Shown here one piece after another: positions 15,946-24,995 of a stretch of DNA of 63,841 nt. Under the pieces are notes generated by a model. That model was not told the DNA's origin. It did not search any database and worked only from the letters and a program-made list of their open reading frames with translations. Position 1 is the stretch's first letter. The number at the start of each line of letters is the position of its first letter. The DNA is from a virus. Its lineage: Duplodnaviria > Caudoviricetes. The stretch spans positions 1 through 63,841 of the IMG/VR virus record IMGVR_UViG_3300032088_000004. One strand, written 5' to 3'. The position numbers were made by a program, and so were the translations under genes.

Positions 15946-16521
15946 TTACTTTCTTCTCTGTGCTACGATTCGCTTGGTGACCCTTTTGAGAACTTCGTTC
16001 ACTATTTCATCACGATTCTCGTACATTCGGTCGCCCATTGCAGGGTCTTCTTCAGCAGCTGGCTCATCACCCATCGGGTCGTCGGCGACCACTTCGTCGT
16101 CCATTGGCTCATCTTCCAGACCTTCCATGTCCTCTTCTTCTGAGCCCATGGCAGCCGACAATCTCTCACCTAGGTCGATGAGAAGCTGCGCTTCCTCTTC
16201 CGTCAAACTGATGTCGGCTGCGCCCAAATCGCCTTCGGAATCGTCACCCATGTCCATTTCCATGTCCATTTCGTCGTCCGGACCTTCCTCTGGCATATCG
16301 CCTTCGGGGGCCATCTCGTCTTCCTCTTCCTCTTTCAAGGTATCGTCATCATCTCGGTCGTACATGCCTTCGTTTTGGGCTTCGTCTTCGTCTTCTTCTT
16401 CTTCGTTAACCTGCTCCTTCTCAAACTTTTCGCTGATGAAGTTGTTAGTTAATCCATTCACGTTTGCCAGCTTCATGAACCGGCGGATAGTGTTTTCGTT
16501 CAGTAATTTGTTACCACTCAT
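15946..16521 (-). CDS. Highly acidic low-complexity protein, probable prohead core/internal protein
   Basis: D/E/M-rich like the scaffold; N-terminal RRFMKLA resembles scaffold C-terminal RMQKLAG. Confidence 0.75.
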   Translation of the reverse strand: MSGNKLLNENTIRRFMKLANVNGLTNNFISEKFEKEQVNEEEEDEDEAQNEGMYDRDDDDTLKEEEEDEMAPEGDMPEEGPDDEMDMEMDMGDDSEGDLGAADISLTEEEAQLLIDLGERLSAAMGSEEEDMEGLEDEPMDDEVVADDPMGDEPAAEEDPAMGDRMYENRDEIVNEVLKRVTKRIVAQRRK

Positions 16522-16597
16522 TTTATAATCTCCTTGTTAGCAAAGTAGTGTTTATTCGTATAATACAAATATAAATAGTTTATGTCGCTTTAAAACG

Positions 16598-16843
16598 TCA
16601 GATTTTTATCCTTTTCGAGAGTTTTGCGAGTGCTTGTTTTTCTATTTGAGAAACTCTCACAAGAGATATCTTCAATCTCTTAGAAACTTCGTCCAGTGTC
16701 ATAGAGCCGTTGTGATAAATAGAAACAAGAGAACAATTCTGATCTCCTTCATAGTCTACCCACATACGGCAACTTTTCTTATCGCATTCTTCTCCGCTCT
16801 TTACACAGCTGCGGGCGCATTCTGGTAGTTGATATTTACTCAT
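16598..16843 (-). CDS. Cys-rich mini-protein with a sigma70 region-4 HTH
   Basis: MTLDEVSKRLKISLVRVSQIEKQALAKL preceded by five Cys. Confidence 0.8.
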   Translation of the reverse strand: MSKYQLPECARSCVKSGEECDKKSCRMWVDYEGDQNCSLVSIYHNGSMTLDEVSKRLKISLVRVSQIEKQALAKLSKRIKI

Positions 16844-17165
16844 ATTCTCCTAAATCCATTTCAATCATATCAAATATATCCTGCTTATCTGATTCCGTAA
16901 TACCCAAATCTGATAGCAGTTTTTTGCCTCTTTCGAGGTCTTTTGAGGTACTTGTAAGCTTTCTCCTCCCCATAGTCTTTTTGTTTTTCTTGATTTCTTC
17001 TACGACAGTCATGACTAGCGGGTCTTGTGACACGTACATCTTTAATATTGACCTGAAGAACTCTCCCTGCTGTAGTCCATCATATTTGAGCCTAATCTTC
17101 AAGTCTGCTGATTCCTTCTCATAACACCTGAATACAAAAGTAACATTTTTATTTGGGTCTCTCAT
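16836..17165 (-). CDS. Hypothetical protein
   Basis: 109-aa ORF coupled to its neighbours. Confidence 0.7.
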   Translation of the reverse strand: MRDPNKNVTFVFRCYEKESADLKIRLKYDGLQQGEFFRSILKMYVSQDPLVMTVVEEIKKNKKTMGRRKLTSTSKDLERGKKLLSDLGITESDKQDIFDMIEMDLGEYE

Positions 17166-18202
17166 AATGTTAATATATGTGTCTTACTCTCACTCATACC
17201 TGAAGAGGTTTGTTTTATAAACCTCGCTTTCGACTGCAGTTCTCCGATGGAGTGTGCGCCGGTGTATGAAAGTCCAGACTTGACCTTCTGTATTGTGTCA
17301 CTCAGTATTTTATCTACCTTTCCCTTATATGGAATTGTTGTCGAAATACCTTCTAGTGAACGAGCATTGCCTCTCCAGGCAATTTGTGCCTCCGGTGATG
17401 CCATTCCTCGATAGACCTTATAGTATTTGTCGTCTTTCGATTTAAATGTCTCTCCTGGTGACTCCTTCGTTCCTGCCAGCATTGAACCCAGCATCACCAT
17501 ATCGGCTCCTGCTGCCAGTGCCTTGACTATGTCACCGGATGTTTTGATTCCTCCATCTGCAATTATCGAAGCGCCGTCGATGTCGCGGCAGTCAAAAACA
17601 GACTGAAAGGTTGGCACACCGTGGCCGGTTTGTATCCTTGTTGAGCATATGGAGCCGCCTCCTATTCCTATCCGGACAGCATCAGCTCCCCACTCAGATA
17701 GATCTAGGTAACCTTCTGCCGTTGCAACGTTGCCAGCTATCACAGTGATGGACGAACCGTACTTGTCCTTTATCTTCTTCACTGCTGATTCCGTCATAGA
17801 ATGGTGCCCATGGGCGACGTCGAGGCAGAAGATGCGGGCGCCGGCGGCATGCAGCGAAGACACCCTATCCATAAATCCTTCATTGACACCTGTGGCTACG
17901 GCGATGGAGTTCACTTTATTATTTGACTGTTCTTCAAGGACCTCTCGAATCGAGTACACAATCTCGCACTGCTCACGGGTCGTGTTGTAGCGATGGACAA
18001 TCCCCAATCCACCTCTTGACAGCATTGACAGGGTCATCTCTGATTCAGTGACAGTGTCCATCGGGCTTGAGACAATTGGAACCTCGAAAGATACTTCCCC
18101 AATGGACGTTGATAGATTTATTTGTGCTCGGCTGTTTATAGTGCTTTTTTGAGGAACCAGAAGCACGTCATCGAAACAAACTGTCTCCCTAAACATCTTC
18201 AA
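17162..18202 (-). CDS. GMP reductase / IMP dehydrogenase family protein lacking CBS domains
   Basis: [46 protein letters not shown]; no IMPDH flap Arg-Tyr dyad visible, which favours GMP reductase. Confidence 0.92.
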   Translation of the reverse strand: MKMFRETVCFDDVLLVPQKSTINSRAQINLSTSIGEVSFEVPIVSSPMDTVTESEMTLSMLSRGGLGIVHRYNTTREQCEIVYSIREVLEEQSNNKVNSIAVATGVNEGFMDRVSSLHAAGARIFCLDVAHGHHSMTESAVKKIKDKYGSSITVIAGNVATAEGYLDLSEWGADAVRIGIGGGSICSTRIQTGHGVPTFQSVFDCRDIDGASIIADGGIKTSGDIVKALAAGADMVMLGSMLAGTKESPGETFKSKDDKYYKVYRGMASPEAQIAWRGNARSLEGISTTIPYKGKVDKILSDTIQKVKSGLSYTGAHSIGELQSKARFIKQTSSGMSESKTHILTL

Positions 18203-18483
18203 ATCAGTTCAACCTTTGGTCCGTTTGAGCCGTCATGACCTTCTCCTTTGAAAGGGTCCTTTCGAATGTCTCCAGTGAGGCATTCGGTGCACACTAGATC
18301 GATATTCTCCGACTCTTTGTTTATGTGCCACTGGTCTATGTTCTCCCCTTCCTCTGGTGGGCGATCACACTTGGAACACTTCACTTGCTTTTTAAAATTA
18401 AGCATCTGAGATTTGAAATCCTTCATGAACTGCTTTTTTGCAGCATTCATTTGTTTTCTTTTTATTTTACGCAAGAAGCCCAT
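18199..18483 (-). CDS. Hypothetical zinc-binding protein
   Basis: CSKC...CTEC. Confidence 0.7.
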   Translation of the reverse strand: MGFLRKIKRKQMNAAKKQFMKDFKSQMLNFKKQVKCSKCDRPPEEGENIDQWHINKESENIDLVCTECLTGDIRKDPFKGEGHDGSNGPKVELI

Positions 18484-18944
18484 TATTTATCTCCAGTTGA
18501 GCCCAATGCTCCATCACCTCGGTCAGTAGCGCCGTCATAGATATTATCTTCTTCTATGAGGGTCAATCCCGGTTTTTCAATTCTCACAAAAACTCCCTGA
18601 GCAATTTTCTGACCAAGTTCTATATACTCTGCTCCGGTTCCTATATTGTGCAGGTTGACAAAGATTTCTCCATCGTAGCCCTCGTCCACAACGCATGCGC
18701 CGGTAATCAAGTGCTTCTTACTTGCGACGCCTGACTTGTTCATAATCTGAAGCATGCACCCGGGTGGTACCTGCATCTTGATTCCAGTCTCCAGCAAGAC
18801 ACTTTGTCCTGGTTTGATTCTTGCAGCTGCCCCTTCCTGAGGGGCGAAGAAAAAATCCATGCCTGCGTCAGTTGAATGGGCCCTGTGTGGCAATTTCGCG
18901 GTTGGCCTAGTACGGAAAACCTTTACTTTATCAAACGATGTCAT
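18483..18944 (-). CDS. dut: Trimeric dUTPase
   Basis: DAGMDF, KSGVA, VVDEGYDGEI, KIAQG, RGDGALGSTG. Confidence 0.95.
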   Translation of the reverse strand: MTSFDKVKVFRTRPTAKLPHRAHSTDAGMDFFFAPQEGAAARIKPGQSVLLETGIKMQVPPGCMLQIMNKSGVASKKHLITGACVVDEGYDGEIFVNLHNIGTGAEYIELGQKIAQGVFVRIEKPGLTLIEEDNIYDGATDRGDGALGSTGDK

Positions 18945-19578
18945 AATTAATCCCCTTATTTTTTAAATCTCTCTCTTCAATCAGAGTGTAGGTAAATTTA
19001 TTGCTCCACTTGTCTGCGGAGATGTTGCAAGTATGCATAAACTCGTAAAAGTCTGCAGAGCTTTGAAAAACTTGGCAGCCTGCAGAGACTCCTCCTGTGT
19101 ATTCTCTCTCGTCGGAGCCAAACTGCCTGTGAATGTTGATTCCGTACATACCTTCGTCTTCGGGCCCAACGTAATCCGGCGTAGAATCTCTATTATCGTC
19201 TCGCCAAACCTTGACTTTTCCGGCTCGTTGGCATAGCGCGGTATACTTCCTCTTTCCCCCATGGGTGTCGATTCTGTAAGTTGAACGATATTGGTCTGGT
19301 ACCAAGATGGCGGTACCCTTGTCGTTAATCGGCCTGTTTAAAATCCTTGTTCCTGGTTCTGTCGTGGCGGGGTAAGTGTCCACCACCCACTCTCCTTCAA
19401 TTTTATAAAAGACGATAATCAGGTCGTCAAACCTACTGGCATCGCCGGAGTCGCTCCTAACTCCTATAATGTTGAGGTTATAGTCCCCCTTTTCAAAGAA
19501 GCTGTACCCCTTATTTATTAAAGTCTCCCTATAATGGTTGACGGTCATTTTGGCGCATAGCCCTGTTAGTCTAGACAT
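18931..19578 (-). CDS. L,D-transpeptidase-like (YkuD His/Cys motif) cell-wall enzyme
   Basis: GINIHR...SAGCQV; start moved to MSRLTG after AAGGAG. Confidence 0.65.
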   Translation of the reverse strand: MSRLTGLCAKMTVNHYRETLINKGYSFFEKGDYNLNIIGVRSDSGDASRFDDLIIVFYKIEGEWVVDTYPATTEPGTRILNRPINDKGTAILVPDQYRSTYRIDTHGGKRKYTALCQRAGKVKVWRDDNRDSTPDYVGPEDEGMYGINIHRQFGSDEREYTGGVSAGCQVFQSSADFYEFMHTCNISADKWSNKFTYTLIEERDLKNKGINYDIV

Positions 19579-19750
19579 TTTCTTTCTCCTTTTCATTTTT
19601 GCAAATACTGACTACTTTCCACGCATAGCCTAGTTTACTCCGAGTGTTGTAAGCTTCCATGGCTGCCTCTGGAAACGTGAGCTTCTCTACCACTCTTTTA
19701 TCCCACAGACCTTCTTCTTCGTTGTGTATCTTAATTGTGTAATTGTTCAT
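19571..19750 (-). CDS. Hypothetical protein, 59 aa
   Basis: Manual translation MNNYTIKIHNEEEGLWDKRVVEKLTFPEAAMEAYNTRSKLGYAWKVVSICKNEKEKENV; GAGGAG RBS; fills the gap. Confidence 0.65.
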   Translation of the reverse strand: MNNYTIKIHNEEEGLWDKRVVEKLTFPEAAMEAYNTRSKLGYAWKVVSICKNEKEKENV

Positions 19751-19760
19751 TTGCTTCTCC

Positions 19761-22700
19761 TCATGCTAATAACTTGAACATTTTTCTCATACTGAAAGTG
19801 GAAAATCCCCACTGTTGATTATAGTTTAACCTTGCCATGTATGGTCTATTGATGTGCACAATGTCTCTCTCTGGGTCAACGCCCCAACAGCGAATCACGG
19901 TCATTTCATTGTTGTCGTCGATTACCTTCACGACATAGAAGTTCTTTCCGTTCTTTGACTTCTTGAGTTTACACTCGCGAGGTATGAACCAAGTCACGCC
20001 AAGTTCAGGATCATATTCTGAAATAGGAGGTATGTAAAGTTCATCTAACTTTTGGCGCACCCTGGGTGTCACTACCGCGTTGATGGGGAATACACCAGTA
20101 AGGTTTACCAGGTACTCTAACTTCTCTTCTTCCGAGAAATCCCCCTCTGGTGCATACAACTCTATGTTCTCGGCTAGGTTTTTCTCCTTACGCGGGCGTT
20201 TTTCAGAGATGGCGGTCCAGAAGTGTCTTAGCCCAGTAAATCTATCATCCATCAGACCATTCAAAGCCTGAGCAAGAGTCAGTGCGTGTATCGACTTCTT
20301 GTTTAGCTTTGAGTATACGATGTCTGGGTGGAACAGAAAGTCCTCAATCACGTTGAATGGCCGGTGCTCTATAATCTGTTCAATGGCCTTGATGCCAAGG
20401 CCTTTGATGGACGACAAAGGCTGAATCAAAGTTTTGCCATCATCGCTGATTTCCCAATTGACCCCCGAAGTGTTGACGTTCAGCGGCTCTACGTTATAAC
20501 CAAGTGACTTAGCTGTTGCGATTGCTCTTTCCTTTCTTGTCTCCGGCTCTTTATCCAAGAAGGCGGCTAGCCATTCTGATGGATAGTAGTTAAGAAGATA
20601 AGCACACTGATAAGAGAGCACACAGTAGGATACAGCGTGAGACTTATTAAAACCGTAGCCGGAAAAGTACTCAAATGTTTCCCACAGTTCTCTAGCTTCA
20701 TAATCTTTCATTCCTTTCTCCAAGCATCCGCGCTTGAACTTGTCAAAGATTTTGTCTTTCTGAGCCTGGACTTCGCCAGTGCCCTTCTTAGTAAGTAGTT
20801 TTCTGAGCTTATTACCTTCATCCAGGGATAGGTCCTTGCCCAACTTGTGAGCAAGCATTGCAATCTGTTCCTGAAAAATAAGGAAGCCGTATGTCTCTTC
20901 CGTTACTTCACGCACATGGTTGTTGACGTACTCCACATCTTCTGGGTTTGACTTTGCTCCAATGTACTTTCTATCTACTCCCGCACCTAGTGGGCCAGGT
21001 CGATAGATAGAAGTGATGGCAGACAAGTCAATGATGTTGTCTGGCTTGGCATTCTTGCAGAACGATTGAGCGCCAGTCTCTGTGAACTGGAAGATACCAG
21101 CCCACTTGCCTTTGTGAAAGATGTTCTCCCAGACTGCTCGGTCTTCCAAGTTAATCTTTTCTGGATGTAGATTCTTATCGTAGAACTCTTTGATGTCTGC
21201 AAACGTAGGGTTATCCATTCCATGATGTCGTTTGAGGATACGTTCGATAGCACCCTCCAACATACGAAGTGAAGCGAGGCCAAGAATGTCAAACTTGATG
21301 AAGCCCATTGGCTCCAAGTGCCTTACATTCATACCCTCGGACCAAGGTGTTTGTCGAACTCCTCCTGAGTTGATAAGCGGCATCCACTGGTCTAGGTTCT
21401 CACCTACAACAACACCACCAGCATGGCGTGAGGCTGAACGTGTCTGTCCGTACAACTTCTCGATGTGAGTTCTGATGTGTGGATACTTCTCTAGGAAGCC
21501 TTGTAGCGATTCTGAGAACTCAACTAACTCTTCAAACGTGGGAACATAAACACCAGATGTAATTCCGTGCTTTGCCTTGGCTCGCGGTGTGGCCTCGTAG
21601 ACCATCTTGCTCGTTACATTGTTCGCCTCAGTGAATTCAATGCCGTAGAACTTTGAGATGTCTTTAATAAGAGAGCGAAGTTGCAAGGTATTCCAGTTGG
21701 TGATAGGTACGACAGAGTTGTCGCCCCATTGGTCAATCAGAACTTCCTTGAGAACCATCGGGTCAGATACATCATAATCAATATCTGGATAACCCGAACC
21801 TCCCTTAGTTAAGAACCTTTCGAATTGAAGTCCGTATTTGATAGGATCAACTTGAGTGATGTTCAATACGTACGCTACAAGAGAGCCGGCAGCGGAGCCG
21901 CGGCCAGCTCCGACTAGCTGTCGGTCCACAGCCACGTCAGCAATAGATTTCATCGTAAGGAAGTATTTGGAGAAACCTCGCTCTTCAATGACGCTTACCT
22001 CGTGTTTGAGGCGCGCCACGTAACCTTGGTCATCCTGCAAGTTCAACGACCGCAAGCCTTCGACGCACAGCGCGGCTAGCGTTTGGCCGGCTGTAGAGCC
22101 CTCCGGCACAACGAAGTCAGGCAGACGGACAGTGTTGTCTGGCAAGAACGCTTCGATTCTTTCGTGCGCAATCTCGTGAGTCCGGACTATTGAATCCCTT
22201 ACAATATTGTCGTCATATTCGGCGCCGCATTCTTTAGAATATTTGAGGTAAGACTCCCACATCTGGTCTCCGTTCTTTGGGTACAGTTCGTAGCCTACTT
22301 CTTCTACGGAGAGTGGCAGCTCCTCTGATAGATAATCTGGTCGACCTTTGCCTAACCACCCTAGACGCTTGTAAAGCTCGCGGTCCTTCCAAACGTCGGC
22401 GTTGTAATAATGAGAATCAGCAGTGGAGATAAGCTCGATTCCGAACTCGTGGTGCATCTGGATGATGTATCTATTCAGGTCGTGCTGTTCCGGGACATTG
22501 TTCCACTGCAATTCTCCATACCAGCGGTCTCCGAAAATTGATTGCATTTTTTGAGTAGTTTTTCTCATCGCCCCCAAAATAGCGTCTGGGCCGGTATCTC
22601 TATTCTCCCAATAATTACCAGCGTATACGCCACCAAGGCATGCGGATGCGGCGATGACACCTTCTCCGTATTTCTTCAGCATAGCATAGTCGACTCTCGG

Positions 22701-23195
22701 GTATCGATAGAAGTTGTCGCCAGAGTAAGATTGTGAAATCATCTTGAAGATATTTTGTAGGCCTGTTTGGTTCATCGCCAGCAAAATAAGGTGGCGACGT
22801 CGATTTAAGATTGACTTAATCTTTTTCTTTGACGAGGATTCATCCTCAACTGTTGTTCCCGAGTTGTCGGCTTCATATTCGGATTTCTTCTTCGCGGCGG
22901 AGCGGACAGTCTCGTACTCCTCCTTCCATTTTGCGACAGAAGGAATAAAGTATGCTTCGCAGCCAAAAATTGGCTTGAAGTCTTTATTTTCTTTCTGCAT
23001 CTTCTTTGCATGCAGGACTTGGTAAGCTAGTCCGTTCGCGTTTCCATGATCTGTTAGGGCCAGTGCGTCCATACCATTTTCGTAGGCGAAGTCCATATGT
23101 TCTTGCGGATATCCCAATGCGTCAAAGGGGGAACCAGCGACGGAGTGGGCATGCAGCCCAACAAATGGTAAATTGCTTTCTGTTCTAGATGTCAT
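19761..23195 (-). CDS. dnaE: DNA polymerase III alpha subunit (family C)
   Basis: PHP domain (LHAHS, TDHG, FGCEAY, DSHY), GRGSAAGSLVAY, PDIDYD, KFDILGL, YGFNKSH. Confidence 0.97.
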   Translation of the reverse strand: MTSRTESNLPFVGLHAHSVAGSPFDALGYPQEHMDFAYENGMDALALTDHGNANGLAYQVLHAKKMQKENKDFKPIFGCEAYFIPSVAKWKEEYETVRSAAKKKSEYEADNSGTTVEDESSSKKKIKSILNRRRHLILLAMNQTGLQNIFKMISQSYSGDNFYRYPRVDYAMLKKYGEGVIAASACLGGVYAGNYWENRDTGPDAILGAMRKTTQKMQSIFGDRWYGELQWNNVPEQHDLNRYIIQMHHEFGIELISTADSHYYNADVWKDRELYKRLGWLGKGRPDYLSEELPLSVEEVGYELYPKNGDQMWESYLKYSKECGAEYDDNIVRDSIVRTHEIAHERIEAFLPDNTVRLPDFVVPEGSTAGQTLAALCVEGLRSLNLQDDQGYVARLKHEVSVIEERGFSKYFLTMKSIADVAVDRQLVGAGRGSAAGSLVAYVLNITQVDPIKYGLQFERFLTKGGSGYPDIDYDVSDPMVLKEVLIDQWGDNSVVPITNWNTLQLRSLIKDISKFYGIEFTEANNVTSKMVYEATPRAKAKHGITSGVYVPTFEELVEFSESLQGFLEKYPHIRTHIEKLYGQTRSASRHAGGVVVGENLDQWMPLINSGGVRQTPWSEGMNVRHLEPMGFIKFDILGLASLRMLEGAIERILKRHHGMDNPTFADIKEFYDKNLHPEKINLEDRAVWENIFHKGKWAGIFQFTETGAQSFCKNAKPDNIIDLSAITSIYRPGPLGAGVDRKYIGAKSNPEDVEYVNNHVREVTEETYGFLIFQEQIAMLAHKLGKDLSLDEGNKLRKLLTKKGTGEVQAQKDKIFDKFKRGCLEKGMKDYEARELWETFEYFSGYGFNKSHAVSYCVLSYQCAYLLNYYPSEWLAAFLDKEPETRKERAIATAKSLGYNVEPLNVNTSGVNWEISDDGKTLIQPLSSIKGLGIKAIEQIIEHRPFNVIEDFLFHPDIVYSKLNKKSIHALTLAQALNGLMDDRFTGLRHFWTAISEKRPRKEKNLAENIELYAPEGDFSEEEKLEYLVNLTGVFPINAVVTPRVRQKLDELYIPPISEYDPELGVTWFIPRECKLKKSKNGKNFYVVKVIDDNNEMTVIRCWGVDPERDIVHINRPYMARLNYNQQWGFSTFSMRKMFKLLA

Positions 23196-23385
23196 TAATA
23201 GTTTCTTTCATTTCTTCAATTGTTTGTAGCAGGTCTCTTCTTATCGAGGCCCTGTCAGTAAAGTATAAACCCATTATAAACCTTTCTTGCTCTCTTGTCA
23301 AGTTAAAAAAGTTGTCAGGAAAACCAACATCTTCCTTTGCCGATGACGACATGGTATTGTACGCGTCCTCAATGTTATAAGTCAC
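23185..23385 (-). CDS. Hypothetical protein
   Basis: 66-aa ORF overlapping both neighbours. Confidence 0.65.
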   Translation of the reverse strand: MTYNIEDAYNTMSSSAKEDVGFPDNFFNLTREQERFIMGLYFTDRASIRRDLLQTIEEMKETINDI

Positions 23386-24232
23386 TTTCCGTCTCCTTGT
23401 TAAATATATATGGTTTCATAAACTGTTTTGTTGGCCTTGGAATTTTAAGGTCTGATTTGTAATACTCTTTCAAGCTGTCCCAGCTATCAAGACTATAGTA
23501 TTTTTCTATTTCTACTGATTTATCTATATCTATTATATCAAGATTAAAGATTTTGTCAAGCGTAAAATGTCTACTTGACCACCTTTCTTCGAACGGCTTA
23601 TTTTTATTGCCTCCGGTGCACTGATTCTTTATGTTCCACTTAAACTTTGGCCAATCCTCTGGAAAGAAAGTAAACGCTAAGAACATGTTATCTCTCACTG
23701 TTTTTCCTTCATATTCTAAGAAGAAAGATTCAGGTCCGCGTATCGCGTCGCGGTGGTCCCTTACTTTTCCAGGGTGATATATACCATAAGGGAAAGAAAC
23801 GAAATACTTTGTAGGAGTAACCCACTGACTCATCTTGTCTGATATCATAAAAGCATTAAGTGCCCCATGTAACACCGACCAGCCCAGCGAATCTCTCCTA
23901 TCTCTGTCTTTTTGGGAAATTGGAGTGTAATAGATAGGTATCCACTTCTCGTGATAATCTTTTCTTTTTACGAATTCTTTCTCTTCAAAATATCTCGGAG
24001 ACATAACGTAGTCTCCAACCCTCTGCTTAACCAGCGGAGCAACGTCATCGTTGCATACTATCCAAATGCTATCGCAGCCTGCATATGCACATTCATATAC
24101 AGATCTTTCGACAGCTAAAAATCCTTCTCTCAATGGTTGCAGATAGTCTGGCCATGGAAAATCGAAAGAATCGTGCCAACCGGACAAAGGAATGATACCA
24201 GCAACGTTACGGCCGTGTGGTGCTGGCTTCAT
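23375..24232 (-). CDS. Nucleotidyltransferase-like (GT-A fold) protein
   Basis: AGIIPLSG...YLQPL...AVERSVYECAYAGCDSIWIVC resembles the NTP-transferase N-terminus. Confidence 0.6.
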   Translation of the reverse strand: MKPAPHGRNVAGIIPLSGWHDSFDFPWPDYLQPLREGFLAVERSVYECAYAGCDSIWIVCNDDVAPLVKQRVGDYVMSPRYFEEKEFVKRKDYHEKWIPIYYTPISQKDRDRRDSLGWSVLHGALNAFMISDKMSQWVTPTKYFVSFPYGIYHPGKVRDHRDAIRGPESFFLEYEGKTVRDNMFLAFTFFPEDWPKFKWNIKNQCTGGNKNKPFEERWSSRHFTLDKIFNLDIIDIDKSVEIEKYYSLDSWDSLKEYYKSDLKIPRPTKQFMKPYIFNKETESDL

Positions 24233-24995
24233 TAAATATCTCCTTCAGGTTCATTTCCAGGAACTTAACGCGTTCTGAATCTCTATAAATTGTTTTTTCT
24301 ATTTCTCGTACCGTTCTCGAACTATGTACAACCTTCGGTTTGCGGTATTTTGGGTTTCCGTTTTTGTAGTACTCCATGAAGTTACCATAGATACCTATAG
24401 AAGTCAAGTGTCTTTCCACTGCGAATCTGACCATCGAATCAGAGTACTCAAAGTCGTTTAACTGCTCTCTTGACAGAGTTGACTCAGATACACAATCAGT
24501 GACATAGTGAGCTCCGTCGACCCTGTTCGATGTGTAATAGTATATTTTACCCGCGAAGTTCGTAGGTTCTGATTTTGGTTGGAGATATTCATGTTTGCCT
24601 CCAAGGTTTGACAACTCGAAATCATCATAAACTAAGAACAAAGGCTGTGCAGACGACACAATGTCATTCTCTAGTTGCAGACCTGTGGTCTCAAAAATTT
24701 GACAAAGTTCAAACTGATACTTGTTGAGGCCTTGAAACGAAGATATCTTAATCTCTCCTTCGGAGACTCTGATGCTGCTGACTTCTTCATGATTCAAGAG
24801 TTTTCCATTTAGCGCCATAATGGTCTGAAGTCTACTCCATGAATAATCTATTCTCCTGTTTCCAAATAGATTCATTGTAGAGATATCAAAAAACATTGGA
24901 GAGTATTCTATAATTGGAAGGAAGTAGCAGTCATTTAGGAAAGCGTAGGTTATTGACTCTAGGCTCGTACCCAGCACTACTCTTTCTAGTAGCAT
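24207..24995 (-). CDS. Hypothetical protein
   Basis: 262-aa ORF; N-terminal VVLG..L.SI.YA may be a degenerate Rossmann motif. Confidence 0.7.
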   Translation of the reverse strand: MLLERVVLGTSLESITYAFLNDCYFLPIIEYSPMFFDISTMNLFGNRRIDYSWSRLQTIMALNGKLLNHEEVSSIRVSEGEIKISSFQGLNKYQFELCQIFETTGLQLENDIVSSAQPLFLVYDDFELSNLGGKHEYLQPKSEPTNFAGKIYYYTSNRVDGAHYVTDCVSESTLSREQLNDFEYSDSMVRFAVERHLTSIGIYGNFMEYYKNGNPKYRKPKVVHSSRTVREIEKTIYRDSERVKFLEMNLKEIFNEASTTRP

